A stretch of 27,096 nucleotides of DNA, from positions 1 through 27,096 of the IMG/VR virus record IMGVR_UViG_3300011102_000556; one strand, written 5' to 3'. Within the stretch, counting starts at the first letter, position 1; each line of letters opens with the position of its first letter. Below the pieces are notes generated by a model. It made no database searches, was not told the origin of the DNA, and saw only the letters and a list, made by a program, of their open reading frames with translations. The translations under genes were made by a program, and so were the position numbers. This stretch comes from a virus. Taxonomy: Duplodnaviria > Caudoviricetes. Shown here in pieces: positions 7,573 through 15,684 of the stretch.

Positions 7573-7877
7573 ACGCCGCGCTCGACCCTGTCCAGCGGCG
7601 GGCGCGCGCCCGGCTGCTCGAAGCCGAGCGGCTCGCGCCGCCGCCGCGGCGCCCGGACGACCCGCCCCGGCTCATCCGCCGCGCGGTCGCCGTGCTCGCG
7701 CACGCCGCCGCCGACCACGACGCCGAGCGCCGCCCCGCCTCCGCGGCCGACTACGAATACCGGCTCGGCGAGCTCGCCCACCTGGTCGGCGGCGGCGTGC
7801 CGCTCGACGAGGCCGCTCGCCGTGTCGGCATCGCCTACAGCACCGCGCTGCGCTACCTACGGGCAGGTGACGACTGA
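7560..7877 (+). CDS. Protein with C-terminal HTH, about 105 aa
   Basis: GGVPLDEAARRVGIAYSTALRYL is HTH-like; GTG 7560 chosen within ORF 7257..7877; TGATG coupling to the next gene. Confidence 0.65.
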   Translation: MREVDAALDPVQRRARARLLEAERLAPPPRRPDDPPRLIRRAVAVLAHAAADHDAERRPASAADYEYRLGELAHLVGGGVPLDEAARRVGIAYSTALRYLRAGDD

Positions 7878-8686
7878 TGGGCGCCGGCAACGTGAAGATG
7901 GTCTTCGTTCACTGGGGCGACCTGCCCGGCGCCCCGTTTCGCCTGCTCGTCTACATGGCCTTGAGAAGCAAGGACGGCGAGCGGCCGACCTTTTGGGCGG
8001 GGCGCGACGATCTCGCATGGGCGCTCGGCAAGCGCGTCCCGACCGGCGACGACGCCGCATCCCGCCGGGCGCGAGAGGCCGCATACCAGGCCGTCAAAGA
8101 GGCGATCCGCACCTTGACCCGGCGCGGCGCGATCACCACCCTTGAGCGCGCCCGCCCCGGCCGAAACGCCGTCTACCTGCTGCGGCTCGATCGCCGCGCC
8201 GCCGTCGACACGCCGCCGCCGGTCGACGAGCTCGACCAGACGCCCGCCGGCGACGCCCCGGCAATGGGGGAGGAAAACCCTCCCTCGTATGGGGTAGGGA
8301 AATCCTCCCCAATGGGGGAGGGAAACCCTACCCAATGGGGGAGGGAGACCCTCCATCATTCGCCCCGAACGGGGGAGGGAAACCCTCCCCCCGAGGATGA
8401 ATACCTACAGAGAAGTAGAGGACAAAGAAGAGGAGTAAGACAGGTAGGTAGTCACCAACCTTGCGGTGACGCGCACACGCACGCGCGCGAGAGAGAGACG
8501 AACGAACACACACCAGAACGAGCACGATTCGTCTCCTACCGCGACGCCGCCGCCTACCTCCTCACCATCCCCGGCGACCTACGCGACCACGTCGTCGCCC
8601 AAGCAACCGCACAACTCGGCCCAGGCGCCGCCCGTGAGGCCGTCCTCATCCGAGCCGCGAACCTCGCCTACGGAAGCGCAGCATGA
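7877..8686 (+). CDS. Replication initiator (N-terminal winged-HTH, lambda O/RepA-like organisation), 269 aa
   Basis: FRLLVYMAL...FWAGRDDLA...AVKEAIRTLTRRGAI....ARPGRNAVYLL wHTH pattern; internal iteron array followed by an A-rich tract. Confidence 0.8.
   Translation: MGAGNVKMVFVHWGDLPGAPFRLLVYMALRSKDGERPTFWAGRDDLAWALGKRVPTGDDAASRRAREAAYQAVKEAIRTLTRRGAITTLERARPGRNAVYLLRLDRRAAVDTPPPVDELDQTPAGDAPAMGEENPPSYGVGKSSPMGEGNPTQWGRETLHHSPRTGEGNPPPEDEYLQRSRGQRRGVRQVGSHQPCGDAHTHARERETNEHTPERARFVSYRDAAAYLLTIPGDLRDHVVAQATAQLGPGAAREAVLIRAANLAYGSAA
8264..8391. repeat. Five ~21-22 bp iterons (putative phage replication origin) inside the initiator gene
   Basis: Consensus AYGGGGGAGGGAAACCCTCCC starting at 8264, 8289, 8312, 8335 and 8369, followed by an A/G-rich, lower-GC tract at about 8398-8450. 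Confidence 0.85.
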
Positions 8687-8958
8687 GCACGACCGACGAC
8701 CGCACCGCCCTCGACCAGGCGACGCGCTACATCGCCCGCACCCTCGACGGCCGCCTACTGCCCGGCGTCGACCCCAACCAGCTTGCCACCGCCATCATCC
8801 GCACCCTCATCGACCAGCGATGGCGCCCACCCCACCGACCCGCCCCCAGCATCCCGCGCGGCCGACGCGACCCCGACGTCTACCGGCGCGGCGCCGCCCG
8901 CGCCCGCGCCGCCCTCCAGCACGCACGAACCCGACTCGCCCAGGAGGAAAAGCAGTGA
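8683..8958 (+). CDS. Hypothetical protein, 91 aa
   Basis: ATGA overlap with the initiator; GC3 bias. Confidence 0.7.
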   Translation: MSTTDDRTALDQATRYIARTLDGRLLPGVDPNQLATAIIRTLIDQRWRPPHRPAPSIPRGRRDPDVYRRGAARARAALQHARTRLAQEEKQ

Positions 8959-9074
8959 TCTGCCACAACTGCCAGCACCGCCAGCACAACCAATGCCGCG
9001 GCGGCACCTGGTGCACCTGCCAGCACAGGCCCGGACCCGCCACACCCCGCGACCAGAACAACCAGACGAACTAG
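8955..9074 (+). CDS. Zinc-finger microprotein, 39 aa (not listed separately in the ORF track)
   Basis: SD AGGAGG, GTGA overlap; MICHNCQHRQHNQCRGGTWCTCQHR. Confidence 0.7.
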   Translation: MICHNCQHRQHNQCRGGTWCTCQHRPGPATPRDQNNQTN

Positions 9075-9087
9075 GAGACGACGCCCG

Positions 9088-9882
9088 ATGAGTGACCGAC
9101 CGGACAGCGCGCCGGCCGTCGCGCGTCACGTGGCCGGCCTGCTCGAGCCGCTCATGCGCCGAGTCACTACCCGCGAGACCGTGCCCATGTATCGGCGCGT
9201 ACGCCGCGGACCCGACCGCACGGTGACCGTGCTCGACTGGCGCACCCACACGACGACGGCGCCCGGCCTGCTCGACCAGCTCGACGCCGCCGCCGTCCCC
9301 GGTGGCTCGCCCGGCTGGGACGACGACGGCGCGCTCGCCGCCTACATCACCAGCGGGCGCGCCGAGCCCGGCGAGCCGGTCGCCGAGCAGTGGCACATCG
9401 CCGAGGACATCCGGCGCGCACTCGCCGAGCTGTGCGCGGCGGTCGGCGTGCGCCGCCCCGGCGAGCTGGTCGCCGCCGCCGCCGCCGCAGACCCGGACGG
9501 CACCGGCGAGCAGATCACGGCAACACTGCGGCGCCTGGTCACCCGCGCGAGGATCGCCGCCGCCTACGATGCGCCCATTACGGCGCTGCGTGACGTCGTC
9601 TGCCCGGAGTGCGGCGGCGCCCTGCTGGTGCGCGCCGACGCCAGTAGCGCCGTCTGGTGCGGCGGCACCGACGACGCCGAGCCCTGCGGCGCCAGATGGC
9701 CGCGGGGCGCATGGGTCGACCTGCTCGAGGCCGTCACCCGCGGCGAGCTCGAAACGCCCGTCTCCGGCGAGATGAGCGGCGCGCAGAGTGCCACATGTGC
9801 CACTAGTGGCGGGCGCTCCGCTGGCGGGGCGCCCGTCGACGACGCCGGCGACGTGCCCGACGTGCTTGCCGGCCTGGTCTGA
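9088..9882 (+). CDS. Zinc-ribbon protein, possible late-transcription regulator, 264 aa
   Basis: SD AGGAG; CPECGGALLV...VWC...CGARW ribbon; sits at the end of the early region, before the terminase. Confidence 0.7.
   Translation: MSDRPDSAPAVARHVAGLLEPLMRRVTTRETVPMYRRVRRGPDRTVTVLDWRTHTTTAPGLLDQLDAAAVPGGSPGWDDDGALAAYITSGRAEPGEPVAEQWHIAEDIRRALAELCAAVGVRRPGELVAAAAAADPDGTGEQITATLRRLVTRARIAAAYDAPITALRDVVCPECGGALLVRADASSAVWCGGTDDAEPCGARWPRGAWVDLLEAVTRGELETPVSGEMSGAQSATCATSGGRSAGGAPVDDAGDVPDVLAGLV
9788..9803. promoter_or_regulatory. Distal copy of the switch operator
   Basis: GTGCCACATGTGCCAC matches GTGCCACATGTGGCAC (2684-2699) at 15/16 positions, and the following TA is also shared. Confidence 0.6.
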
Positions 9883-9892
9883 TCGGAGAGAC

Positions 9893-10360
9893 ATGATCAC
9901 CCGCGTCCCGATCGCGCCCGACGAGATTGAGCACTACGACACCGGCATCGCCGCCCGGGCGCTGCTGCCCGGAATGCACATCCTCATTGACGGCGACGAA
10001 CCCGCGACCATCGTCGTCGTGATCACCGACGACGAGCGGCGACAGACCGTGGTCGAGACCACGGCCGTAGACGGCCACCGACGCCGCGTGCTGTACCTGC
10101 CGTACGGCGAGGCGGTCGCCGCCGGCGTCGTCCGCCAATACGGCGTCGCCGCGCCCGGTCGCCCAACGCATCCGATACACCCGATCCACGGCGCCGACGA
10201 CTCGCGCCGCTGGGCGCGCATCTACCGCACCCGGCACGGCGGGCGGATCGTCGCCCGCGACGTCATCCCACACGCCCCCACACGCGGGGGCGACGACTAC
10301 ATAGTCGTGACTGACTGGACCGACGCCAGGCTCGACGACCCGCCAAGTTCCGGGAATTGA
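9893..10360 (+). CDS. Hypothetical protein, 155 aa
   Basis: SD GGAGAG before ATG 9893; ARALLPGMHILIDG beta-rich N-terminus. Confidence 0.72.
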   Translation: MITRVPIAPDEIEHYDTGIAARALLPGMHILIDGDEPATIVVVITDDERRQTVVETTAVDGHRRRVLYLPYGEAVAAGVVRQYGVAAPGRPTHPIHPIHGADDSRRWARIYRTRHGGRIVARDVIPHAPTRGGDDYIVVTDWTDARLDDPPSSGN

Positions 10361-10402
10361 CATTCCCGCAAGTCAGCAATGCGACCGCAACCAGGGAAAA
10401 CC

Positions 10403-10566
10403 ATGACTGAACGCCCCCGGCCGCCGTCCGCGCACTGCTCGCCGTGCGTGCCCGGCTCATCGCGGCCGGCGCGCTCGGCCGGCTACTCGACGGCGACCCG
10501 AACGGCGCCCGCCCCGACCAAACGCCGCCCGAAAATGTGCGACGTTGCAGCAGGCCAACCCCTTAA
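10403..10566 (+). pseudogene. Possible frameshifted small gene (one C missing in a C5 run)
   Basis: ATG 10403 after AGGGAAAA. Adding one C at 10414-10418 gives MTERPPAAVRALLAVRARLIAAGALGRLLDGDPNG...*, whose codons are GC3-rich, unlike the as-read frame. Confidence 0.4.
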
Positions 10567-10623
10567 ATCACAATGGGTCTGGCGACGTATGCCCACCATC
10601 CAGACCACATCGAGGGGGTGAGC

Positions 10624-10854
10624 ATGCGTCAGCGCCCGTCCCTCGTCGCGACTCCTCTCTCTCGGTACCGGCCGGCCGCTGACGTTGCGGACGTCATCGG
10701 CCGGCCGTACCGGACCATTCAGACGTGGGCGCGCGAGCAGCGCATACCCTCGACGCGCGACCGTAACGGCCGTCTGCTCGTCGACCTGGTCGCCGCCGCC
10801 CGACTCTCCGCTACCGCAGGCCGCCGCCGGCGGCGCCCCGCACACGAGGCATAG
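10624..10854 (+). CDS. MerR/excisionase-type HTH DNA-binding protein, 76 aa
   Basis: AADVADVIGRPYRTIQTWAREQRIPSTRDRNGRLLVDL; SD GAGGGGG. Confidence 0.78.
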   Translation: MRQRPSLVATPLSRYRPAADVADVIGRPYRTIQTWAREQRIPSTRDRNGRLLVDLVAAARLSATAGRRRRRPAHEA

Positions 10855-10857
10855 CCC

Positions 10858-11406
10858 ATGGCCGCCCGCCGACCGGTCACCGACGCCGAGCGCGACCAGG
10901 TGCGCGCCATGCACGCGGACGGCGCGAGCCGCAACGCCATAGCGCGCGCGCTCGGCCGGTCGCCCTCGACCATCACCGCGATTGCCGACGAGCTCGGGCT
11001 CTCGTTCAACCGCGAGCGGACGGCCGCGGCAACCGCCGCCAAACAGGCCGACAACAGGGCGCGGCGCGCCCAGCTCGCCGCCGCCCTACTCGACGACGTC
11101 GAGCGCCTGCGCGCGCAGCTGTTCGCGCCGACGACCGTCTACGCGTTCGGCGGCCGTGACAACGTCTATCGCGAGCACAAAGTCGACCGGCCGCCACCGC
11201 GAGAACAGCGGGACATCGTGCTCGCGATCACGAACTTGATCGCCTCACACCTGCGGCTCGTCGAGTACGACCGCGACACCGGCGCCGACCCCGTGACAGG
11301 CATGCTCGGCGCCCTTCTCGCCGACCTGCAAGCCCGGCACGGCACCGGACCGGATGACGCCCCGCCGGTCGAGCCCGACCAACACGACCAGCGCGAGCCG
11401 GCATGA
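10858..11406 (+). CDS. terS: Terminase small subunit (N-terminal HTH), 182 aa
   Basis: ERDQVRAMHADGASRNAIARALGRSPSTIT HTH; directly upstream of and overlapping TerL. Confidence 0.8.
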   Translation: MAARRPVTDAERDQVRAMHADGASRNAIARALGRSPSTITAIADELGLSFNRERTAAATAAKQADNRARRAQLAAALLDDVERLRAQLFAPTTVYAFGGRDNVYREHKVDRPPPREQRDIVLAITNLIASHLRLVEYDRDTGADPVTGMLGALLADLQARHGTGPDDAPPVEPDQHDQREPA

Positions 11407-12647
11407 CCCTATCCCCGCTGCAAGAACGGTCGATCGCGCACGCGACCGCACGCATCAACATCTGGGAGGGCGCCGTACGGTCCGGCAAAACGGTGGCATC
11501 GCTGCTGCGCTGGTTGACCTACGTCGCGCAGGCGCCGCCCGGCGCGTTGATCGTCACCGGCCGCACGCTCGACAGCATCGCGCGCAACGTGTTCATGCCG
11601 ATGCAAGACCCGGCGCTGTTCGGTCCGGCGGCCGGCCTGGTGCGCTACACCCGCGGCGCACCAACCGGCGAGATACTCGGCCGGCCGGTCGAGGTCATCG
11701 GCGCAAGCGACGCCAAAGCCGAAATGAAACTACGCGGCATGACGGCGGCGGGCGCCTACGTAGACGAGATCACCGTCCTACCCGAGGCGTACTGGACGCA
11801 GCTACTCGCGCGGCTGTCCGTCCCGGGCGCGAAACTGTTTGGCACGACCAACCCCGATTCGCCGCGGCACTGGCTACGGCAGAAATACCTACTGCGCGCC
11901 GACGTGCTCAACCTGCGATCGTGGCGGTTCCAACTCGAGGACAACCCGGCGCTGGACCCGGCGTACGTCGAGGCGCTGCGACGCGAGTACGTCGGGCTGT
12001 GGCACCGGCGGATGATCCTCGGCGAGTGGGTCGCCGCAGAGGGCGCCGTGTACGACATGCTCGACGAGGCACGGCACGTCGTCGCCGAGGTGCCCGACGA
12101 GATGCGAGCATGGCTCGTCGGCGTCGACTACGGCACCAGCAACCCGACACACGCCGTGCTCGTCGGGCTCGGCTATGACGGCGTGCTGTACGTCGTCGAC
12201 GAGTGGCGATGGGACGCGCGCGCCCGGCACCGCGCGTTGACCGACGTCGAGCTATCAAGGCACCTGCGCGCGTGGCTCGCCGACTCGCCGGCCGCCGCCG
12301 CGGGCGGACCCGCATACGTCGCCGTCGACCCGTCGGCCGCGTCGCTGCGCGTCCAGCTGCACCGCGACGGCATGCGCACCACGCCGGCCGATAACGACGT
12401 CGTCGGCGGTATCCGCACCGTCGCAAGCCTGTTCGCAGTTGAGGCGCTGCGCATACATGGCCGCTGCGAGCACCTGCTCGACGAGTTGCCCGGCTATTCG
12501 TGGGACGACAAGGCGGCCGAGCGCGGCCAGGACGCGCCCGTTAAGGCCGACGATCACGGCGTCGACGCGCTGCGGTACGCCGTCCACACCACCCGCGCAC
12601 TGTGGCGCGCGCACGTTCCCGCGCTGACGGCCGCCGCCGCGGCGTAA
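11403..12647 (+). CDS. terL: Terminase large subunit (PBSX-like), 414 aa
   Basis: Walker A EGAVRSGKT, Walker B AYVDE, coupling motif TTNP, nuclease motifs GVDYG, VDPS and DDHGVDALRY. Confidence 0.96.
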   Translation: MTLSPLQERSIAHATARINIWEGAVRSGKTVASLLRWLTYVAQAPPGALIVTGRTLDSIARNVFMPMQDPALFGPAAGLVRYTRGAPTGEILGRPVEVIGASDAKAEMKLRGMTAAGAYVDEITVLPEAYWTQLLARLSVPGAKLFGTTNPDSPRHWLRQKYLLRADVLNLRSWRFQLEDNPALDPAYVEALRREYVGLWHRRMILGEWVAAEGAVYDMLDEARHVVAEVPDEMRAWLVGVDYGTSNPTHAVLVGLGYDGVLYVVDEWRWDARARHRALTDVELSRHLRAWLADSPAAAAGGPAYVAVDPSAASLRVQLHRDGMRTTPADNDVVGGIRTVASLFAVEALRIHGRCEHLLDELPGYSWDDKAAERGQDAPVKADDHGVDALRYAVHTTRALWRAHVPALTAAAAA

Positions 12648-12657
12648 CCCCTAGACC

Positions 12658-12698
12658 CCGGTCCGGCGCGTGTTCGAGGGGTGCGCGCGCCGGACCGG
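12658..12698 (+). terminator. Stem-loop between terL and portal
   Basis: CCGGTCCGGCGCG-15 nt-CGCGCCGGACCGG; no U-tract. Confidence 0.5.
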
Positions 12699-12742
12699 CA
12701 TCACCCCCGCCCCGCCCGAGCACGCCGGAAGGTGGTGACCCA

Positions 12743-14317
12743 GTGGCGCTACCCGACGGCGGCGCATGGCCGCCCGCCCCGCACTCCCCGATCTACCGGC
12801 AATACCGAGTGCTCGACGCCTGGTATCGAGGCGACGCCGACGAGCTCGCGCGTATCTACGGCGCCGAGTCCGGCGCCCGCGTCCTGCCCGCAGACCGGCC
12901 ATCGCAGTACCGCGGCGGCATCGTCGGCCGCGTGGCCCGCTGGTTCTGGGGAGCGCCGACCCCGCCGCACCAGAAGCGGACCAAACTGCATGTCCCGGTC
13001 GCGAGCGATATCGCGACCATGTCGGCCGACCTGCTGTTCTCCGAGCCGCCCGAGGTCGTCGCCGACGACCAGGCCACGCGGGCGCGGCTCGAGGCGCTCA
13101 TGCCCGAGCTTCACCCGCGGCTGCTCGAGGGCGCCGAGCTCGGCGCCGCGCTCGGCGGGTACTACCTGCGCGCCGTGTGGGACACGGCCGTTTCGCCTAT
13201 GCCGTGGCTCGACGTCGTCGCCGCCGACGCCGCCGTTCCCGAATGGCGATGGGGGCGCCTGTCGGCCGTCACGTTCTGGCGCGTGGTCGAGCCCGAGGAC
13301 GACAAGAACCGCTGTCTCGTGCATCTCGAGCGGCACGAGCCGGGCGCGATTCTGCACGGGCTCTACCGGCTCGACGACGGCGAAATCGACCGCGTGCTAC
13401 CGCTCGACGCGCACCCGGCGACGACCGGCCTCGAGCCGGTCGTTGACACCCGCATTCGCCGGTTGACCGCCGTCTACGTGCCCAACCAGCGACCTAACCG
13501 CGACTGGCGGCGCGACCCGGTCGCCGCGCCGCTCGGCCGGTCGGATTTTGCCGGTCCCGTGCTCGGCCTGTTCGATGCGCTCGACGAAACGTGGTCATCG
13601 TGGCTGCGTGACATCCGGCTCGGTAAGGGCCGGCTCGTCGTGCCATCCGGCTACCTGCAAGACCTCGGCCCCGGCCGCGGCGCGGCGTTCGATCTCGACC
13701 GTGAGGTGTACGAGCCGGTCGAGGCGCTCGACGACGGCGCCGGCCTGCACATCACCGCGACGCAGTTCGCGATCAGGGTCGCCGAGCATCGCGACACGGC
13801 CGCCGAACTGCTGACCGCGATCCTTCGCGCGACCGGCTACAGCGCGCAGTCGTTCGGCCTGTCCGGTGACGTCGCCATGACGGCGACCGAGGTCGCCGCG
13901 AAAGAGCGCCGGTCGCTGGTCACCCGCGGGCGCAAGACGCTCTATACGCGCGTCCCGCTCGGCGACGCCCTCGAGATGCTGCTCGCCCTCGAGCGCGCCC
14001 GGTTCGGCTCGCCGGTTCCGGTCGAGCGTCCCCGCATCGAGTTCGGCGACAGCGTCGCGCCCGACCCGCGGGCGCTGGCGGAGACGGCCGACATGATGCG
14101 CCGCGCCGAGGCCGCATCGACATACACCCTGGTCAAGCTGCTACACCCGGATTGGGAAGACGTCGACGTCCTCGCCGAGGTCGACCGGATCCGCGCCGAG
14201 GGCGGCATGCTCGACCCCGTCGAGTCCGCCGTCGAGGCGATGCGCCGCGGCGAGCAGGACGCCGACCCGGCCGACCAGGACGGCGCCGACACCGACGCCG
14301 GCGAGCCGGGCGAGTAG
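12743..14317 (+). CDS. Portal protein (SPP1/A118-like), about 524 aa
   Basis: KLHVPVASDIATMSADLLFSEPP, LGRSDF, ALDETWSSWLRDIRLGK, TATEV; follows terL; start GTG 12743 after GGAAGGTGG. Confidence 0.92.
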   Translation: MALPDGGAWPPAPHSPIYRQYRVLDAWYRGDADELARIYGAESGARVLPADRPSQYRGGIVGRVARWFWGAPTPPHQKRTKLHVPVASDIATMSADLLFSEPPEVVADDQATRARLEALMPELHPRLLEGAELGAALGGYYLRAVWDTAVSPMPWLDVVAADAAVPEWRWGRLSAVTFWRVVEPEDDKNRCLVHLERHEPGAILHGLYRLDDGEIDRVLPLDAHPATTGLEPVVDTRIRRLTAVYVPNQRPNRDWRRDPVAAPLGRSDFAGPVLGLFDALDETWSSWLRDIRLGKGRLVVPSGYLQDLGPGRGAAFDLDREVYEPVEALDDGAGLHITATQFAIRVAEHRDTAAELLTAILRATGYSAQSFGLSGDVAMTATEVAAKERRSLVTRGRKTLYTRVPLGDALEMLLALERARFGSPVPVERPRIEFGDSVAPDPRALAETADMMRRAEAASTYTLVKLLHPDWEDVDVLAEVDRIRAEGGMLDPVESAVEAMRRGEQDADPADQDGADTDAGEPGE

Positions 14318-14336
14318 ACCCCGCCGGGGGTGAGCC

Positions 14337-15602
14337 GTGGCCGTCGATCCCGAGCTCGTCGACGCGCTCGCCGCCGCGATTGCCGACGTGTACCGCGAGG
14401 CCGAGACGGCGCTCGTACAGACCATCACCCGGCACCTACGTGCCGGGCTCGACTCGCCGACGGCCGAGCGCCGGCTCGCCGACGTGCGGGCGCTACGCCG
14501 CGCCGCGCAAGCCATCGTGGCCGCGCTCGAGGCCGACGCCGGCGCCGCCATCCGCGAGCAGCTCGCCGCCGCCTACCGGCACGGCTGGTCGGCCGCCGTC
14601 GCCGACATCCCCGAGCGTTGGTTTCCCCGGTCCGGCATCGGGCAGGCCGCCGCGCGGGCGCTGCGCGAGATTCCGGGTTTCGCGTTCGTCGAGGCGCTCG
14701 CCGCGGCGCTGCTCGCCGATCTCGGCGCGCGGCATCGGAACATCTTGCGCGACGTCGATGACGCGTATAGGTCAGTGCAGGCCGCGGCGGCGGCGCGCGT
14801 CCTGACCGGCACGCAAACTCGTCGCGACGCCGCGCAGGCGGCGTGGTCGGCGCTGGTCGCCCGCGGCATCACCGGCTTTACGGACCGGGCCGGGCGCAGG
14901 TGGCGCCTGTCGAGCTACGTCGAGATGGCAGCGCGCACCAACGCCCAGCGCGCCGCCATACAAGGCCAGGTCGACCGGCTCGACACGCTCGGCGTGCGGC
15001 TGGTGTACGTGTCCGACGCGCCGCAGGAATGCCGGTTGTGCCGGCCGTGGGAAGGGCGCATTCTGCGCACCGACGACGGGCCGCTACAGGTGCGCACGAT
15101 GCACGCGACCCGCGACGTCGAGGTCACCGTCGAGGCCGCGGCAACGCTCGACCAGGCGCGCGCGGCCGGGTTCCAACACCCCAACTGCCGACACAGCGTC
15201 TCGGCGTATCTGCCGGGCGTGACGCGCGTACCGCAGCGCACGGCCGACCCCGCCGGCGACCATGCGCGGCAGCAACAGCGCGCCCTCGAGCGGCGCATAC
15301 GCCGTGCCAAAGAGCAGGAAGTCGCAGCGCTGACCGACGAGGCTCGCCGCGCCGCCCGCCGCCGCGTGCGCGCCGCGCAGGCCGCGCTACGCGAGCATCT
15401 CGCCGCACATCCCGAGCTCAAGCGGTTGCGCTACCGCGAGCAGATCGGCGCCGGCAACATCCCACCCGGCCGCCGCGGCGACCCGGCCGGCGGGCTCGAC
15501 CGGCCGACACAACCGCCCCTCGACGGCGGACCCGGCGCGCCGGCCGGTACCCGCCGCCCGCTCGACGACGACCAGGCGCCGCCGGTCGACAACGTTTCTT
15601 AG
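14337..15602 (+). CDS. Minor capsid / head morphogenesis protein (MuF-related, phage minor capsid 2 type), 421 aa
   Basis: FTDRAGRRWRLSSYVEMAART, ECRLCRPWEG, GFQHPNCRH, QRALERRIR, REQI; located between portal and scaffold. Confidence 0.88.
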   Translation: MAVDPELVDALAAAIADVYREAETALVQTITRHLRAGLDSPTAERRLADVRALRRAAQAIVAALEADAGAAIREQLAAAYRHGWSAAVADIPERWFPRSGIGQAAARALREIPGFAFVEALAAALLADLGARHRNILRDVDDAYRSVQAAAAARVLTGTQTRRDAAQAAWSALVARGITGFTDRAGRRWRLSSYVEMAARTNAQRAAIQGQVDRLDTLGVRLVYVSDAPQECRLCRPWEGRILRTDDGPLQVRTMHATRDVEVTVEAAATLDQARAAGFQHPNCRHSVSAYLPGVTRVPQRTADPAGDHARQQQRALERRIRRAKEQEVAALTDEARRAARRRVRAAQAALREHLAAHPELKRLRYREQIGAGNIPPGRRGDPAGGLDRPTQPPLDGGPGAPAGTRRPLDDDQAPPVDNVS

Positions 15603-15607
15603 AGACT

Positions 15608-15684
15608 TGCCGCCGCATGGCGGCACACCCCCTGTTGACCAGCCTCGACGCCGCACGGCGGACAGGCGCCACCCGCACGGGAGG
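15608..15684 (+). promoter_or_regulatory. Three GCAY-loop hairpins in the scaffold 5' leader
   Basis: TGCCGCC-GCAT-GGCGGCA (15608-15625), CGCC-GCAC-GGCG (15649-15660) and CCC-GCAC-GGG (15672-15681); the last overlaps the SD GGGAGG. Confidence 0.6.

Noticed and set aside
8264-8391. Regularly spaced palindromic repeats as a mini CRISPR array
   Set aside because: Spacers are only about 1-13 nt, the repeats lie inside a coding gene and no cas genes are present; iterons fit better.
10858-11406. IS30-like transposase suggested by the N-terminal HTH
   Set aside because: No DDE domain or terminal inverted repeats; size and overlap with terL indicate TerS.
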